From: Phallusia mammillata
Taxonomy: Eukaryota
NCBI GenBank assembly: GCA_965637545.1
Contig: OZ281499.1
Span: 3,906,001 to 3,970,000 of the forward strand
Length of the DNA stretch: 64,000 nt
Reading direction: 5' to 3'
Shown: positions 49,581-63,700 of the stretch, piece after piece
Layout of the letters: each line of letters opens with the position of its first letter
How positions within the stretch are numbered: the stretch's first letter is position 1
The notes under the pieces: model-generated
Told to the model about the DNA's origin: nothing
Databases searched by the model: none
What the model saw: the letters and a program-made list of their open reading frames with translations, nothing else
Program-made: the position numbers and the translations under genes

Positions 49581-52500
49581 CTACAATGATCCAACGGTGA
49601 ACTTAAAAACAGTCAAGCACCCCAAAACAACCCACAACAGCTTGGGGAAAATCTCTGGGGCATGACCGGTCGTAACAGGTGTAACTTCCGGTGGATTGGT
49701 CGTATCCGGTTCTTAAAAGAAGCCAAAGTAACGCTATTTGATTACATGAACTAGCTAATATTTGTTTTTTATTGTGACAAGCTTAAACAACGTAAAACCC
49801 TTCACTGAGTTGAACTGTCATGGCTTTAATTAGCTGTGTCAAAATACACATAGCGACGTCGAATGCACGATCACTACGTCGAAAATAGCTACGCAATGTT
49901 GCAACGTTGTGAAGCGCAAAACTTTGAAGAACAATTGGTTGATAATGACTGAACGCGCCACAGCAGCTACACTGCTTATGTGTTGGGGTGTAGTGTATTT
50001 TTGGTTATTTAATATTTCTCGACTTTTTGTTACACAATAACAAAAACCTAGTTTTACAAAACGGCCCATAAACTTTACTGACATAAATTAAACACTAACC
50101 TGGAAGTTGGCCGACAATTCTAAGGCCAGCGGACTCGGGAAGGTTAATGGTATCGGTTTCTGCGTTCTTTGCGTCACGGACAGGAGTAATGACGTCATCT
50201 TCGTCATCGTGTGTGTTAACATCCCTCTTACTGATCGAAGGAAGTCTAGAGATTTAAAACTTTTAGGATTGTTTTCTTTTTTCACAACTCTTGGGTTAAT
50301 TGTGTTGCTAAAAACTACTTCAAATGTCGGTTAGAAGCAACCGGACTTAAGGAGCTACGGCTTTATATGGTTGCCTAGTCGAAAACAAAATTGCCAAAGA
50401 GTTTTGGTATTGCAATTTATTCTCTAAATACAAGCTTTCTGGCAGTTTTGTTTAATAAAACAATGTCGCAAGAAGGCGCCATATATCTCGTAACAAAAAA
50501 CTTTGGCTGAATGAGTGGCTACGAATTTCGCCGAATGGTCTGGCGCGCCTGACCCACATATAAACATAACAACCCTAATCGGGATTCGTCCCCGGGAGTG
50601 TCCTGGATTCGAACCCCATAAAAAATAAAAGTAAAAAAAAATAAAAAATAAAGAATGAGTGGCTACGAGGTACTGTAATTTGCATCACAGTTAACTACCG
50701 CGTTGCAGAAAATCAACAAGTACTTAATGACACATGGACGATGTGGTGATGATGCGCAAGTTTTGTTACACTGATGTTCGGCACAGTTTACTTTACAGCT
50801 CCATTTTCGGGTGTAGCTACGCTAGATTTGGAACATTGATAAGAGATTGCAAGTTTGCCTGCAGAGCAAAGACATTTGCTGCAGTGGGTTCTTTACTGCT
50901 AAAATAGCTTACATTGGAGAAAACCTAATTAATGTACAATATATGACCGGCTCTGTGACTGTCATTCCACGCAATACGCCACGGCAGCAATCGTTTACCT
51001 TACCTAGAAATCGTGCTTCTTTTATACACCCCTCCTCCAAGACATCCATTAGAACAACGCGTCCCACTAAACTGCGTTGCACAGACAACCACTTCACACT
51101 GAAAAGTATATATTTTACATAACCATTTAGCGTTGTCAAATCAATCTTAAAATGATTTGCAACCGTTTCGACTGTGACCTTTGCAATATTACTAATTTTA
51201 TTTTTAAGTTTGCGAACAAACTAATAAAAATACTGAAAAAGGAGTTTATCAGCTACAACATACAACAGCCGTCCAATAACTTGTACTTAGCATTTCGTAT
51301 CTACATGTTACGCAAGTAGAAAAAGGACCAAACTAGTTTTTATTTAACGCTGTTTCGAATCTTTTGATAAAATCATTTCCATTTTACCTGTATCACAACA
51401 TTGGTGGTCTCTGTGATACCAGGGAGGCCTGATTGGAACTGAAACGCTTTTACACTGAATTGGTTTATCATTGGATTGGTTGATGGGTATCGCTGCATAG
51501 TTCCATCGTAAATGCAGCTAGAATGATGACAATTTAAATATGATTAACAAGCATGTAAATATATCTTTACAATTTGCCAATTGCAAGCTAAGAAGAAAGT
51601 TTTTATTGAAGAGAATAAAAAACATTTAAAGTTATATAACAGTATTTTACGCAAGCTGCATACAGTCCACCCTGTTTCAACATATTTGCTCTAATCAGTG
51701 CAGCTGGTGACATGACATTGACTGTATACCTACAGTAATATAAAAGGTAGATTATATTTAAATAAAATACTGACGATGCATATTACTTAGTTGAAGTATA
51801 TATATCTACACATAAAAAAACGGTGGATGACTTCAGACGAAGTTTTCAGTCTGTAGTCATACAACGTTTTATTTGAAAACTGAGATGGATTTCCCTGTTA
51901 CATATTTGCTGTTACATAAAGCAGGATCTTACCCATCTCCAATCATACTGTACTGGCCAATGTTCTGTGGGTTGGGGTCGGGTTTCGCAACACAATTAGT
52001 TGTAAACAGCTCTACGTCAGTGTCTGTTGTTTCAGCCAGAATTGCGAAATACACGTCATCGTTGACGTCAACGGCAAGCGGGTAGTCGGTTAAAGAGTAC
52101 GCGCTCTGAATATCAATGCAACACAAAAATTTATTCCTACAAAAGCTAACATATTTTTTTTAATCCTGTTTGAAACAAGAAACATAAATCGACAGCAGAA
52201 ATGTAATGCAAAACTTAACCAATATGACGTGGTCGTGACTGAGTTGACGCGGTCTAAACAACCGATAAAAATATGTTTTTTAAACATATAACTACACGTA
52301 TTGTATAGGCTTATTTAGTGGTTTTCCACCGGAGCAATGTGGTATGACATTTGGTTTCTTTGCGGGAGTGCCGGCAAGAACTCTTTGTAACATACGTAAC
52401 TTGTGTACAACGATGTTTTACTCTATTTTAATGGTCAACCTCAAATTGGCAATCAGCTTGTTAGGATGGCGCTAGTCAAAAAAAAATAAGGAAAACACTG

Positions 52501-55500
52501 GGGCATTTACAAAAGCACCAAGTATCAAGTCAAATCATAACCTACCGTAAACGTGGAGTCTGTGTAGAAATCGAACTTAATTTCGATGTCGGCAAATCCG
52601 TTTTCACCGGTGATTATGATAGTGTGTGTATCATCGGGGGCAAAACTTCCAGACGTGTCAAAGTACTGCTCATTTGCACAAGTCGTTTCGATCAAATACC
52701 AACGACCTCGTGATACCAAGCCACCGTTAACAGGAGATTCGACCCACATTCTTACGGAGTTTTTGTAGTTTTCTTGGAGAGATCCCGCTCCCTTAACAAA
52801 AGTTAATAAATACAAAAAGTCTAATAATCATGTCATAAACATTTAATTTAAAGACTTTTTGTTTAGATAATTATTCATCAAACCCAACTGATCAGTTTTA
52901 GATCAATTTTAAGTCAAATTGTACTTCGTACAACCGTAATCATAAGGAAACAAGATTGTTTTTAAATAGTAATGACGTTTTTAACCTACTGGACGTTTAG
53001 TTGAAATTTTTGAACTAAAAAATTTATATTCACAGAAATAATAAATTCTACTATGCTAAGGAATGATAAACCAAGTAAAATAACACATAAAATAAAAATA
53101 ACTGAAAACCTGCAAAATTTTGTAAAAAATACGAACTGTTTGTTCTTTTTCTAAATCGCATTTAATTTGACTTCAGCCAACTATTCTTCTGCGAACAAAT
53201 ACTTTTTTAATGTTCTTACCAGAGCAACAGTACCACATTCATGAAATCCAAAGTTGAATTCGTAGTGGTCATTAAAATCGGTTCCCTGACATTCAAACGG
53301 AGTCGTCAGCAGGGTTCCGTCCGGGTTAATCACCCCATTGTAATAATCATAGTTATTATCGTTGCTCACAGGGTAGTCGCCCAAACTAATGTGCCCATCG
53401 TACGCGCATTTGTCCACACGAATCGTCATACGCGAATCCGAACATGAACTTGACATTTGTGCTTCAAACAAAATAGCTTAGTGATAGATTGGAACGAGCT
53501 TTTTGGAACTATTCTAGAATTATTGTAGAAGTTGAAGTTAACTATTTTTACCATACGAAATAGAATCGGGTAAAACGGTAAACTTTGCAACCGACATTTT
53601 TAAATCGGATACTTTAGAATCTTTTCAATTTGCTATTCTAAATTGCTTATCTCTATAGTTATGGGTCTGTCAATAATAATTCCTGGACTGTATGGTAAGT
53701 CTGAATCGGTTTTAAAATTTACAAACTAAATTTGCATTTAACAAAGTTTGAGTCTACGACATTTCGCAAAAAGCGCCATCAACATTTCTATTTACGAGTT
53801 TGGAAGAAAACGTCCTGTTGCGTTTATTAACCGATCACTTGCTATGAAAAAGGTCAACTATTTACAATTCTTTACGGAAATAAAAAAGAATCGAGCCGAT
53901 ATATGAAAATCTGCAGTCAGTGCACACAGTTTAGTCTCACAAGGCCTCATCAGTGCAGTTTAATGTGACACTGAAACGAAACCGCTTTGTTTCCCAAACA
54001 GTTTAGGCTTTGTGAATTATTGTTTGGGTTCTTTTGTGGTTAATGCCCAGTTGTGGCATCGAACAGGTCGGCAATACATGGCTTTTTAGCAGGCTAATCC
54101 CAGCAAACTGCAGAGTGCCCTAAGGTGGCTACATTAGCTCATACGGCCCATCTCTTCACTTATGAGACGTTGTAAGTCGAAACAGTATGCACTATCTGCA
54201 GTTATCGTAAAACTTCCTAAAGCCATGTTTAAAGCTGTTAATTAATTATATACAGTTATAATGATAGAGCTACTTACGCAAACATCTTAGTCCGTCCGAT
54301 GCCAACTGCCAACAATCACGGTAGCATGAACACGTGACTAAACTTCCCGTCGATGAACAAATGTCACTGCAACCTCCGTTGTTTATTTGGCAAGGGTCGG
54401 TGTCTTAATCACATTAAAACTTTGTTGGTTAATGAAACTGGGAAAATTCTCAACTTTAGTCTGTAACTCAGACATAAGCAAAAAGACGCACACCAATCAA
54501 TCCTAAAGTCAATATTTCGATACTTTTCCAGAATAAAAATCAAAAAATCAAATGTGTTTTAGATCATAGTCCACGAATTATTATCCTGTTGTTCAGGGCG
54601 GTTGTTTAGAAACAAGAATTAAATTGACATGTGCATGGTAAATAGACAGTAAAAATAACATAATTTGAATTTTCTTACCGTTTACAAAAAATTGAAGACA
54701 TCTTTGTTCTGAGTCAACTCTAAAATCATAAATACAAATTAATATGTGTTGTTGACCACATAGTTGCAAGCGGTCCAAAATTCAAGCCTGAACCCGGCCT
54801 GAACCCACATCGTTCTGAGAAGTCGAGTTTGATTGACAAACAAGAAAGCCTACATAAAGTACAGCCTAACAGAATATAATTAAACATGGCGTTTTAGGGC
54901 TGTTGAGCATTACGCCAAGTTAAGCAACTAGCTGCTTAGCTAGGTAATTCCATTTAAAAAAAAAACTGACACTGAATGTGAGGTCAGGGCCGAATCGACC
55001 CCGTCTGTTAAAAAAGAACTAAGCCCGAACCCTGTCAGACTTTCTACTCTGGTTGACCATGTAAAGAAACATATGATTTCAGTTACTGCCCTAACTGAAG
55101 TAAAATATTTGTACATATCATAATAACAACAATTGAACATGATACTCGCTTACAATTTGTGGTTTACACGCAAATATAGGTTTGTTTCACTAAAAGTCAA
55201 AGGAAATTAGATAAACATTTAAACATACCCAGTACCATCACTTGCACTGTAGCACATGTAGTTGAATCCTTTACTGTGTTCTGTGGGTGTCCATGAGAGT
55301 GTGTATTGCACATAGACATCAATATAGTCGGGGCCATTCCAATACATGCCACTTATACCAAGAGCAGAAAAATGTCCGGCGCTAAAAGCAAATTAAAACA
55401 ATTAAAAACCGGATGGTTTACAATACTATTGGTAAACCTTTTTTTTTTTTCATTTACTTACTTACAATACCTTTTCACAGCGAAAACAAAGTCAAGCCTT

Positions 55501-57357
55501 TAAAATTTAAGTTTAAATGATACATTTTGCAACCAAAATTTCTTTCCAAAAATTTAGCTGTCTCTCTTATGATATACTAATCAATCAATAAAAATAGTTT
55601 TTTTAGAAGAGGATCCTAATGGTAAATTTTACAAACCACATTTCTTCTGAAAAATTTACCCATTTTGCGACTCAACAGTTACAGTTTTTTGCCAATGATC
55701 TCCTACCCTCAATGTATACATTTGATTGTGATCTGGTGTTGGTTGGGTGAAGTTCGGTTTACCAGTGCAACCGTTTGGCGAGTCCATCACTGAAACGAGC
55801 ATACTATGTAGTTAAATGACTAACTATATGTACTCTGTACCTGATTTAGACATGTTACCGACCTTCTATAACAAACTGCAGAGAGCTGTAGCTGAGAATT
55901 TGTGACAGATTTAAAATTGGATGATCTTCGATAATCAGAGGAATAGCTACTTTTGTATATTCTCCGTTTCCGTCATAATATAGTCGACATTCTCCCTGTA
56001 AAATGTGATAAAAACAGGTTTACTTGCCTCATATCAAACCTGCTTGTCTTGCAAACACGATTTTTGTATGTGTTCCAGGGCCCAAACTCAAACCTAGTTT
56101 ATTTGCTTTAACCCGTATTGAAACAAAAATAATTGGTTAATCCGATTTTTAGCTGGTTTTCTTAGATTCAGACTTTTACCTCCGTAGACGAATACGTCAA
56201 AGTGAAGTAGGGATATCTATCTTGATACACGTCACCCCCTTCGTTGGAATCGTTGGCATAGCGACATGTCACGTAATCCCCATCTTGGTCAATCATCGGA
56301 ATAACAAGGGTGTCTGGGCAGCCAACCACAAACCTTGTAATGGTAATTGTTTTAAACCAGAGCACACCCTGAACGTTTTGTTTGAGAAAATGTGTAGTGT
56401 AGAAACCAAATACCTGACCAGCGTCGGTTGAAGGGCGATTGGAGATGAATTGATTTTGCCATCTCTTCTTTCAAGATTTATATAAACTGGTAAACTCCAG
56501 GAGGTATCATTTTGGTAAAGACCGTCAGTCCAGCAACAGCTATCATGCCTTAAATACAAAAAAATACTTTAAATTACTCTCTTCTGAAAACACAAAGTAG
56601 ACAAGGTATTGAAATATATTGGCTGTTGTTGCCAGGCACATTATTAATACTGCTCTTCCAACAGTTTTTCTCATAAGCAAATGACGTTTTGACATCCCAT
56701 ACGAGACACATCATTAGGATAACGGAATAACTTAAAACACAAGGTTCTCAAAAACAACAACAAGAGCATCGCTAACACAAAAATGGCAGTGGATGATAAC
56801 CAGCCCTGCGCCACAAATTTTTTGTTTGTAAAGACGCATGTTGACAACCAAAACAGATAAATGTAAGAAATAAATGTTAACGGTAAGATATTTGTGTAAG
56901 TAAAAAGGTTTCGTTCCATTAAACTAAAGTTCTACTATTTTTACGCTATTTTTATGTCCAAATTAACCTTAGTTTGCTCCAACCTCCATTCGTTGCAGTG
57001 ATGAAAGTAGATCCTTGTGATACATACCCAACACCACCAACATAGTTTCCGGGATCGTAAAAATCAACTTGAAAGCTATTTATACCGGGCGTGTTGTGTG
57101 AGCTGTCGAAGCTGTAAAAGTAGGCGGTATAATATCCGCCATAGGCTCCGTAGTCATTGTTCAATTGGCTCGTCACTTTTATCTAATAAAAGGAAAATTA
57201 TAAAGAGAATAACAAAAAAGACATTGCCATTACTGACAGTGACACTTCCTTCGTTTTCTTCAAATACTTTCCAGTACGTAGCCCCTCCATAAAAGTAACT
57301 GCAATCGGTAGAAGCAAATATTTTTAAGAATATTATGAGAAAGGTTAACATATGCAT
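49581..57357 (-). CDS. Secreted, probably GPI-anchored EGF+ZP-domain protein, copy 3 (apparently intact)
   Basis: ATG 57357 (MHMLTFLIIFLKIFASTDCSYFYGGATYW). Same exon series as copy 2: SCCW/NSSP exon near 56.4-56.55 kb, 41-nt exon near 54.7 kb, EGF exon near 54.28-54.40 kb, ZP exons at 51.0-53.5 kb, terminal exon 49581-49711 (..KLLWVVLGCLTVFKFTVGSL*). Confidence 0.88.
50525..50652 (+). mobile_element. 5'-truncated non-LTR retroposon fragment with poly(A) tail
   Basis: Perfect 16-bp TSD GAATGAGTGGCTACGA at 50509-50524 and 50653-50668; A-rich tail at about 50618-50652. Confidence 0.85.
51655..51704 (-). ncRNA. Degenerate hammerhead motif (paralogous to 41922)
   Basis: gctgca CTGATTA gagc aaata tgtt GAAA cagggtggactg TA tgcagc. 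Confidence 0.55.
53911..54201. mobile_element. Hammerhead foldback element copy, two-armed, CTGCAG termini
   Basis: Minus 53911-53958: ctgca CTGATGA ggcc ttgtg agac TAAA ctgtgtgcactg AC tgcag. Plus about 54155-54201: ttca CTTATGA gacg ttgta agtc GAAA cagtatgcacta TC tgcag, preceded by gctacattagc. Confidence 0.75.
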
Positions 57358-58415
57358 GATGAATGGTGTAACGCGGTGTCAGAATAAATTACTTCCTGTG
57401 AGAAAACCATCATTAGATTATGAAATTATGACAAATCGAAACATTTAAAACCGTTAATACCACAAAATAAATCTGTTTTTATGCCAATAATGTAAAATTC
57501 TGACATAAATATGGTACAAAAAGTTTGACAAACATTTAGATAAGCGAAAAATGTTAAATATAGGTATGTACACATATAAAGTATTTATGCAACTTAAAGA
57601 AGCAAATGGCTTATAAAAAGAACGACGTTGTATAATTACTGACATATTCTTTATGCTAGATAGAACTTTGAGTTGCAAACATAAAAACAGGTAGCTTAGC
57701 CAGGCATTAACGTGATTCCCAAGTGCAAGCTTAATTTTTTTTCTCGCCAGTACATTTAAAACTGTTTGGCTGTTGGCTGCAATTAGTAGTGATAGCAAAA
57801 CAAACTGAACAAAAGCATGCAGTTCCTATTCGGAAAACTCTGGCTTGTCCTTATCTGACTGTAAAGTTAATAAATTTACGAAAGAAATAACAGTTTGGCT
57901 CTGAAGATACACAAGTGTTTTCTATTTCCAATGTTGATTAAATGACACAAGAAGCAAGGTGTTTCTACTGACGCAGAAGCTGACTGCCCTCTGTGAATTT
58001 GTTCTTTCTTTTTTATTCAAACGCTTCAGGTTGCCCTTACAAAGCTTGTCTGACTTTTATTAGGAATTTGACCCTTTGTTTAAATTACACCTCCCCAATG
58101 ATGGTCGCTCTGGTATTTCTTTTATTTACACGCCCACAGTTTCTATTTTGGTTTCCAAACTGTCTCAGTATTCGCTCAAACCTAAATGCTGGGTCATAGT
58201 GTCCTTACTGTTCACAAAAGCGCTGTGATAGAAACTACGGTTTCGCCTCGTAAGCTACTCGTGTTTCTTTTGTTAGCCAATTGATCCATATTTCAATGTA
58301 CACCTCCACTAATAAGCGTCGCTTTTGTCTGTCGTTGGTTGACACCCAGTTTTTGTTTTTAATTCCCAACTTCCGCAATACCGATTAAAATGAATCTGTT
58401 CAGTAATAGTGGGCC

Positions 58416-58817
58416 CAGAGTTGCAAGTTGGGCCGGGCTTTTCGGGCCGGGTTCGGGCTTAGGTATTTGTGAGAAAACGGGCTTAAAACGGGCCTGACTT
58501 TACGTTCCGTGTCCGCCATTGTTTTTTAAATAAAATCACTCAGCTAAGTAACAATTCTCTGGCTTTGACCTAATGCCCAGCCTACTCTAAAACGTATTGT
58601 TTACCGCATTGTCTAGTATTGTTCATTGTGTTTGTTGTCTTTCTCTTTTTTCTTTCTCATCCTTTGTTGCAAGGCTTTCTTGGATAGGCCTGTCAATCAA
58701 AATTTCGGGCCTAAACGGGCTTTGCAAAAACGTTTCGGGTTCGGGCCGGGCTTCGGGCTTATACTTTCGGGTTCGGGCCGGGTTCGGGCTCAGATTTCGG
58801 GCCCGCTTGCAACACTG
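58416..58817. mobile_element. hAT-type MITE (CAGAGTTG family with cccgaacc subrepeats)
   Basis: TIRs cagagttgcaag / cttgcaacactg; perfect 8-bp TSD AGTGGGCC at 58408-58415 and 58818-58825. Relatives at about 12232-12545, 30400-30667 (three copies), 36761-37129, 43975-44264 and 54759-55051. Confidence 0.88.
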
Positions 58818-60744
58818 AGTGGGCCTGCTGTTTACTAAACACTTGTGACAAAACGAACACCAAAGAATAAGCATTCTTGTTTGAAGACATGTTTGAACAT
58901 GTAACCCAGCACGTATTGCTTTATACATAAAAAAAAGGTTTACTAATGTCGCACAGGTATTCTATCCCATGCTTTGATGTGTTGGACCTAAACAAGATTT
59001 TATTTCACACTAGGTTGCAATTGATATTACGTAGCATCATCTATCCATAGACTGAGACTATACACTCCATTATAAACAACAATTTTATAATACCTGTGCG
59101 CCCCAATTAAAAGCTAAACATTACAAAATAGGTAATCAGATTTTGCCTTATTTTTGAGACAGTTTTGTCTACTGTACATCAATGTACAGAACATCGAGTA
59201 ACATGATACACAAGCAGACAGGTGACGTTACACAAGCCACACAGCGCACAACATCACAAGTATCGGGATTGCGACGTGGATTGAACATAAATACTAAAAA
59301 ATGTACGCTTCAAGATTTTAAACGGGTTTCGACATTATAAATGTTTTGGCTGGATAAGGAACCAACCTCATCCAATCGATCTCTTGTTTCTTCTTTCATT
59401 CATCCACCAAAAACATCTTCAAAAGCTAAATCTCAACCTGTCTTACACAATGTGAAAGGAAATTATATCTGGTTCTTTTTCTTACAAACTCCAGACACAA
59501 CTATGGACTTGCTAAGCTCTCAAACACGGAAATCTTAAACTGAAACAAAGACTCTGAATCAGGTCCTTTTCTTCTTAGTAGGTTTCCTGCAGATTCAATA
59601 AGACAGTGTCCGACTGGCTCTGGTGGAGTAGAAGAAGAAGGTACTAATCTTTGGAACACACGAGTACAAGCAATCCAAACATATAGATAAAAAAAAGCAG
59701 AACATAAATTGAACACATTGACGTTTTTGAATTAAACACACACAAACATATATCTCTACAAAAAACGATTTGACTCGGAAATTTAGTCTGATATCAACAT
59801 TGAAATACCTTGTAACACCTTTTTTGACTTGAAACCTTTTGACCCACTCACTTGATTGAGCGTTATCTGACCACCTGACATACAGCATATTTAACGACAA
59901 ATACTTAGCTTACCCTAACATAAACTTTTACAATAACCGATGCGATTGAACACCGATAACCTAAATTATTGTGCTGTTCCCTTATAGCTTTAACCATATA
60001 GTAAACACGTTTTCAAATGCAAAACCTCACACTTACTTATATCGCACGCTTTCTATTTAAAAGTAACGAGTGATAAAACCACCCGAAACCTTCCACACGT
60101 GCTAAGTACAAAAAAGGCTAAACACTTTAACGTTCATGGTCCCTTGTCTGTTAGGGTGAGCCCCTTTTCTACACGTTTCTGTAGTTTTTCATTTTTTTCT
60201 TTTTGCCTTATAAATTGGAGACGAAATGATAATCTGTTTTATCGGTCGGTCGTTACATGTTGAGGCGGGGTGGGGCCTCTTCCACTTAGAAACAACAAGA
60301 AAAAAGCCATGGACCGGTCCCGAAATACTTAGTGTGACAAAAAACAAAGGTTATTTCGAAAACTGTGCAACGAATAAAGCAGGAAAAGGCAAAAATATGC
60401 GAGAAATAGTAAAAGTCGGACTATTCCTTTTTTGTTTATTGGACCAAATCCTAAAGAAAGGACTAAAACTTTGGACTTTAATTATCTTACTTTTTTCCCT
60501 CAGCGACTGTATCGAATATATTGTAATAATATCGCGTCGTTTGTCAGTTTAAAATAACCCTTAACTGAGCATCTTTTGGTAGTTTTGATTTTATTGGATT
60601 TTAATATGGTACAAAGTAGCTTACAAACGTTAAAACAGGAGGTTATTTAAAGATTGTAGATTAGAGGTTAAACGAAAGAATAAAAATTATCGTGAAATGT
60701 TAGTAACTATGTACAATGCAAAAACACGGGTGGAACGATTTCCT

Positions 60745-63700
60745 CTAGAAGGTTCCAACTAGAAGCTTGTAAAGAGCCAAGCACCCGAAGACAAGCCACG
60801 AGGACCTGAGGGATGTCCCTGGGACGTTACTGCTTATTGTAGTTGCAATGTATGGCTCCGTGGTGGTATCCTCGCCTTAAAAACAAAACTACCCATTACA
60901 CATTTCTTACTGAACGCATTTTGTTGAATTTACCCTAAAATGGTGAGTTAATTTTAACCGTTTTGGTTCAGTCAAAGATGTACATTTGTGTTTTATAAAC
61001 ACAAACCATTAAAGTACATGTTAACCAGTGCATTTTGACATTGTTACCCAATTTGGTAACATTGTTAACATCTGTTTCACATACTAAACTTAGTTAATTT
61101 AAAGTTTTTTTCCCCTTCTTACTGCCCCCAATTTATTGGAAAACGGTTGCTAATAATTTATTGGAAAACGCTTGCTAATATTTTCCTCAAATACTTGTTA
61201 CTGCTTAAAGATTTAAATGTTGTTGTTCAAAAGTTTAAGAAATTAATTTGTTTATCAGTGTTTTACTTTAGTTGGACATTGTAAATACTTTAGTTAGTTG
61301 GAAGAAGTTTTGTAGTTTTTTTGAGCTCACCTTGAATTCTTCCCCTAATCCGAAGTCCAGCGGATTGTGCAAGAGGAATCGTATCGGTTTCTGCGTTGGC
61401 TACGTCACGAGGGGGAGTAATGACGTCATCGTCGTCGTCATCAAGTGTGTTTATTTCCCTCTTACTGACGAAAGGGATTCTAAAAAATGATTTGCTGGAT
61501 AAGAATCTCAAACTTTTTTTTCTAGAAGTTACATTTCAGTTAAACTAAATATGTGTGATCATTTGCTGTAACTCATAGTACGACAATCCGGGAACGATAA
61601 CGAATTAAACCCACTAGTTTAGGTTGCTTGTCATATAATTGGGAGGCCGTCTTAATTGGGTATGAAGCTTTAAATGAGCATATGAAACTTAAAAATTAAT
61701 GATACGAGAGAGCTGAGGTAGAAGGCTGTCACAAGGGTTTATTGTTACATCCCACTTTGCAATACAGTATGAGTGTCTCGGGCAGTGGCTTTGATGGTTC
61801 CAGAAGGTCACGGGGTTATTTTAGATCGGTAAAATGGGTGTATTTGTACATGGGTGTCAATGTACTTGATGAATTTAAAAATGACGTCCGTTACTATAAA
61901 AATATTTAAAAGTACAGGGCAGTAAAGGCGCTCATGCATTAAAATTTCATTTTTTTTCTTGTATGTAAAGAAAACACACAGCGGCTATGGCAGCCATTAT
62001 CTAGACATCTTACTTTATAATCGTGCTTCTTTTCACTCTTACTCCTCCCAGCTGACATCCATTAGAACATCGTGTTCCACTGAACTGTGATGCACAAACA
62101 ACCACTTCGCACTGAAAACGATATTAAAATAGCTTGAATATCAACTGTAAACGGAATTTACCATTGCAGCAGACATTAGCCAGTCTTATATAACTTATGA
62201 TGAAAATCCTAACAAAAGTTATTGAAATTTTAAATCAGTCAAGGGTGGCAAAGGCAAACAAGTTTTTACCTAGTTAGTTCCAAAGCACTGATACTTTTTT
62301 TGCATGAAAGGAAGCTTACAAAGATTTTCGTTGTTTACCTGTATCACAACGTTTGTGTTTTCATTGATACCAGGAAGATTGGTCACGAATTGAAATGCCT
62401 TGACACTGAATTGGTTCATCATGGCATTAGCTGATGGATATCGCTGCATGGTTTCATCAACAAAGCAACTGAAAACAATAACATACAAATTCGATTGGCA
62501 ACCAAGCAATGATGTTTTGCATCTTGTTTTCTATCAACACTTTGATGTTTAGTTTGAAGTTTGATGTTGCGGTTACTTAAAGTCAGTTGGTTTAATGGGT
62601 TTAATTTCAACATTGGACAAATCTGGTATTTTTCCACTTGCAACAAGAAAAATCAAAGTTCTTTTACCCAAAAAAACAAAAATTCAGTACCCTTCTTGCA
62701 TCATTGTATAGGTGCCAATATTGAAAGGATCAGGATCAGGTTTTGCTACACAACCAGTTGTAAATATTTCCAAGTCAGTATCAGTCGACTCAGCGAGAAT
62801 TCCGAAATACACGTCATCATTAACTTCCACCACTAGGGGGTAGTCGTAAGGAGAATAGGCTCTCTGCAAAATCGAACAACATAAAAAACGACTTATTGAA
62901 AAAAAAACGTAGCTTAAAACAAAGTAAACTGCTGCACCAGTATAAAATCGAACCTCATTATTGCCAATATGTCAACTTACGTTTTATTTCTTGTATTATG
63001 GCCAAACCGATATTATTATTTGATACAAGCCTGGTCTGTAGACAACCGTTTGTACATTATTATTAGTTGATTTCCCACCAATAGTCACGTAATGATTTTC
63101 AAAATGAATTTCAAAAATCTTTAAAGTCAAATGTGATGACTCACCGAAAATGTGGAGTCGGTGTAAAAATCAAACGTGATTTCAATCTCAGCGAAACCTT
63201 CTTCGTCAGTAATTATTACTGTTTGAGTATCTTCTGGGGCAAAAATTCCAGAAGCATTGAAATATTTTTCCGTGATACAAATTGTTTCAACTAAGTACCA
63301 GCCAGTACGTGATACTAAGGAGTCTCCGTCGTTGTTATCCACCAACATTCGAACTGCATTTCTGTGTTTTATTTCGTTTAATTCGCTCTGTATCAACAAA
63401 TCAATAAGAACGTAAGGAAAAATGTTTCACGAAAAAAGGCGATACCAACCAAACTAAACGTAAATGGGTTTAAAGTGCATTTGAGTTTTTTAGTTGCAGA
63501 TGTTGAAACTTCAAATATTTTCCAAAACGTTTGATCAACCAAGCATGCCAAGTTTTAGCCCAATTATGGCCGTTATATTCGTCTTAAAACCTTAAATAAT
63601 TTACGATATAAAAAACGCTTGATCTTCACAACTTAATGACAAATGAAATAATTAGTAGACAAAATTTAACCTAATTTTGGACCATTTTGCTGTAGCTTTG

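Noticed and set aside
58597-58928. ORFs such as ..SGSGRVRAQISG.. recurring at 12.2, 30.5, 37.0 and 58.6 kb
   Set aside because: They are translations of the CAGAGTTG MITE subrepeats, not genes.
59341-59900. Overlapping short ORFs suggesting an extra gene between ZP copies 3 and 4
   Set aside because: No recognisable domain, no convincing splice chain, and stops in the candidate frames.
8733-61180. Short 20-32 bp direct duplications (8733-8790, 15510-15570, 21587-21646, 21699-21735, 38381-38443, 61130-61180) as CRISPR-like or regulatory arrays
   Set aside because: Only two or three adjacent copies each, no repeat-spacer periodicity, and a eukaryotic context; ordinary slippage duplications.
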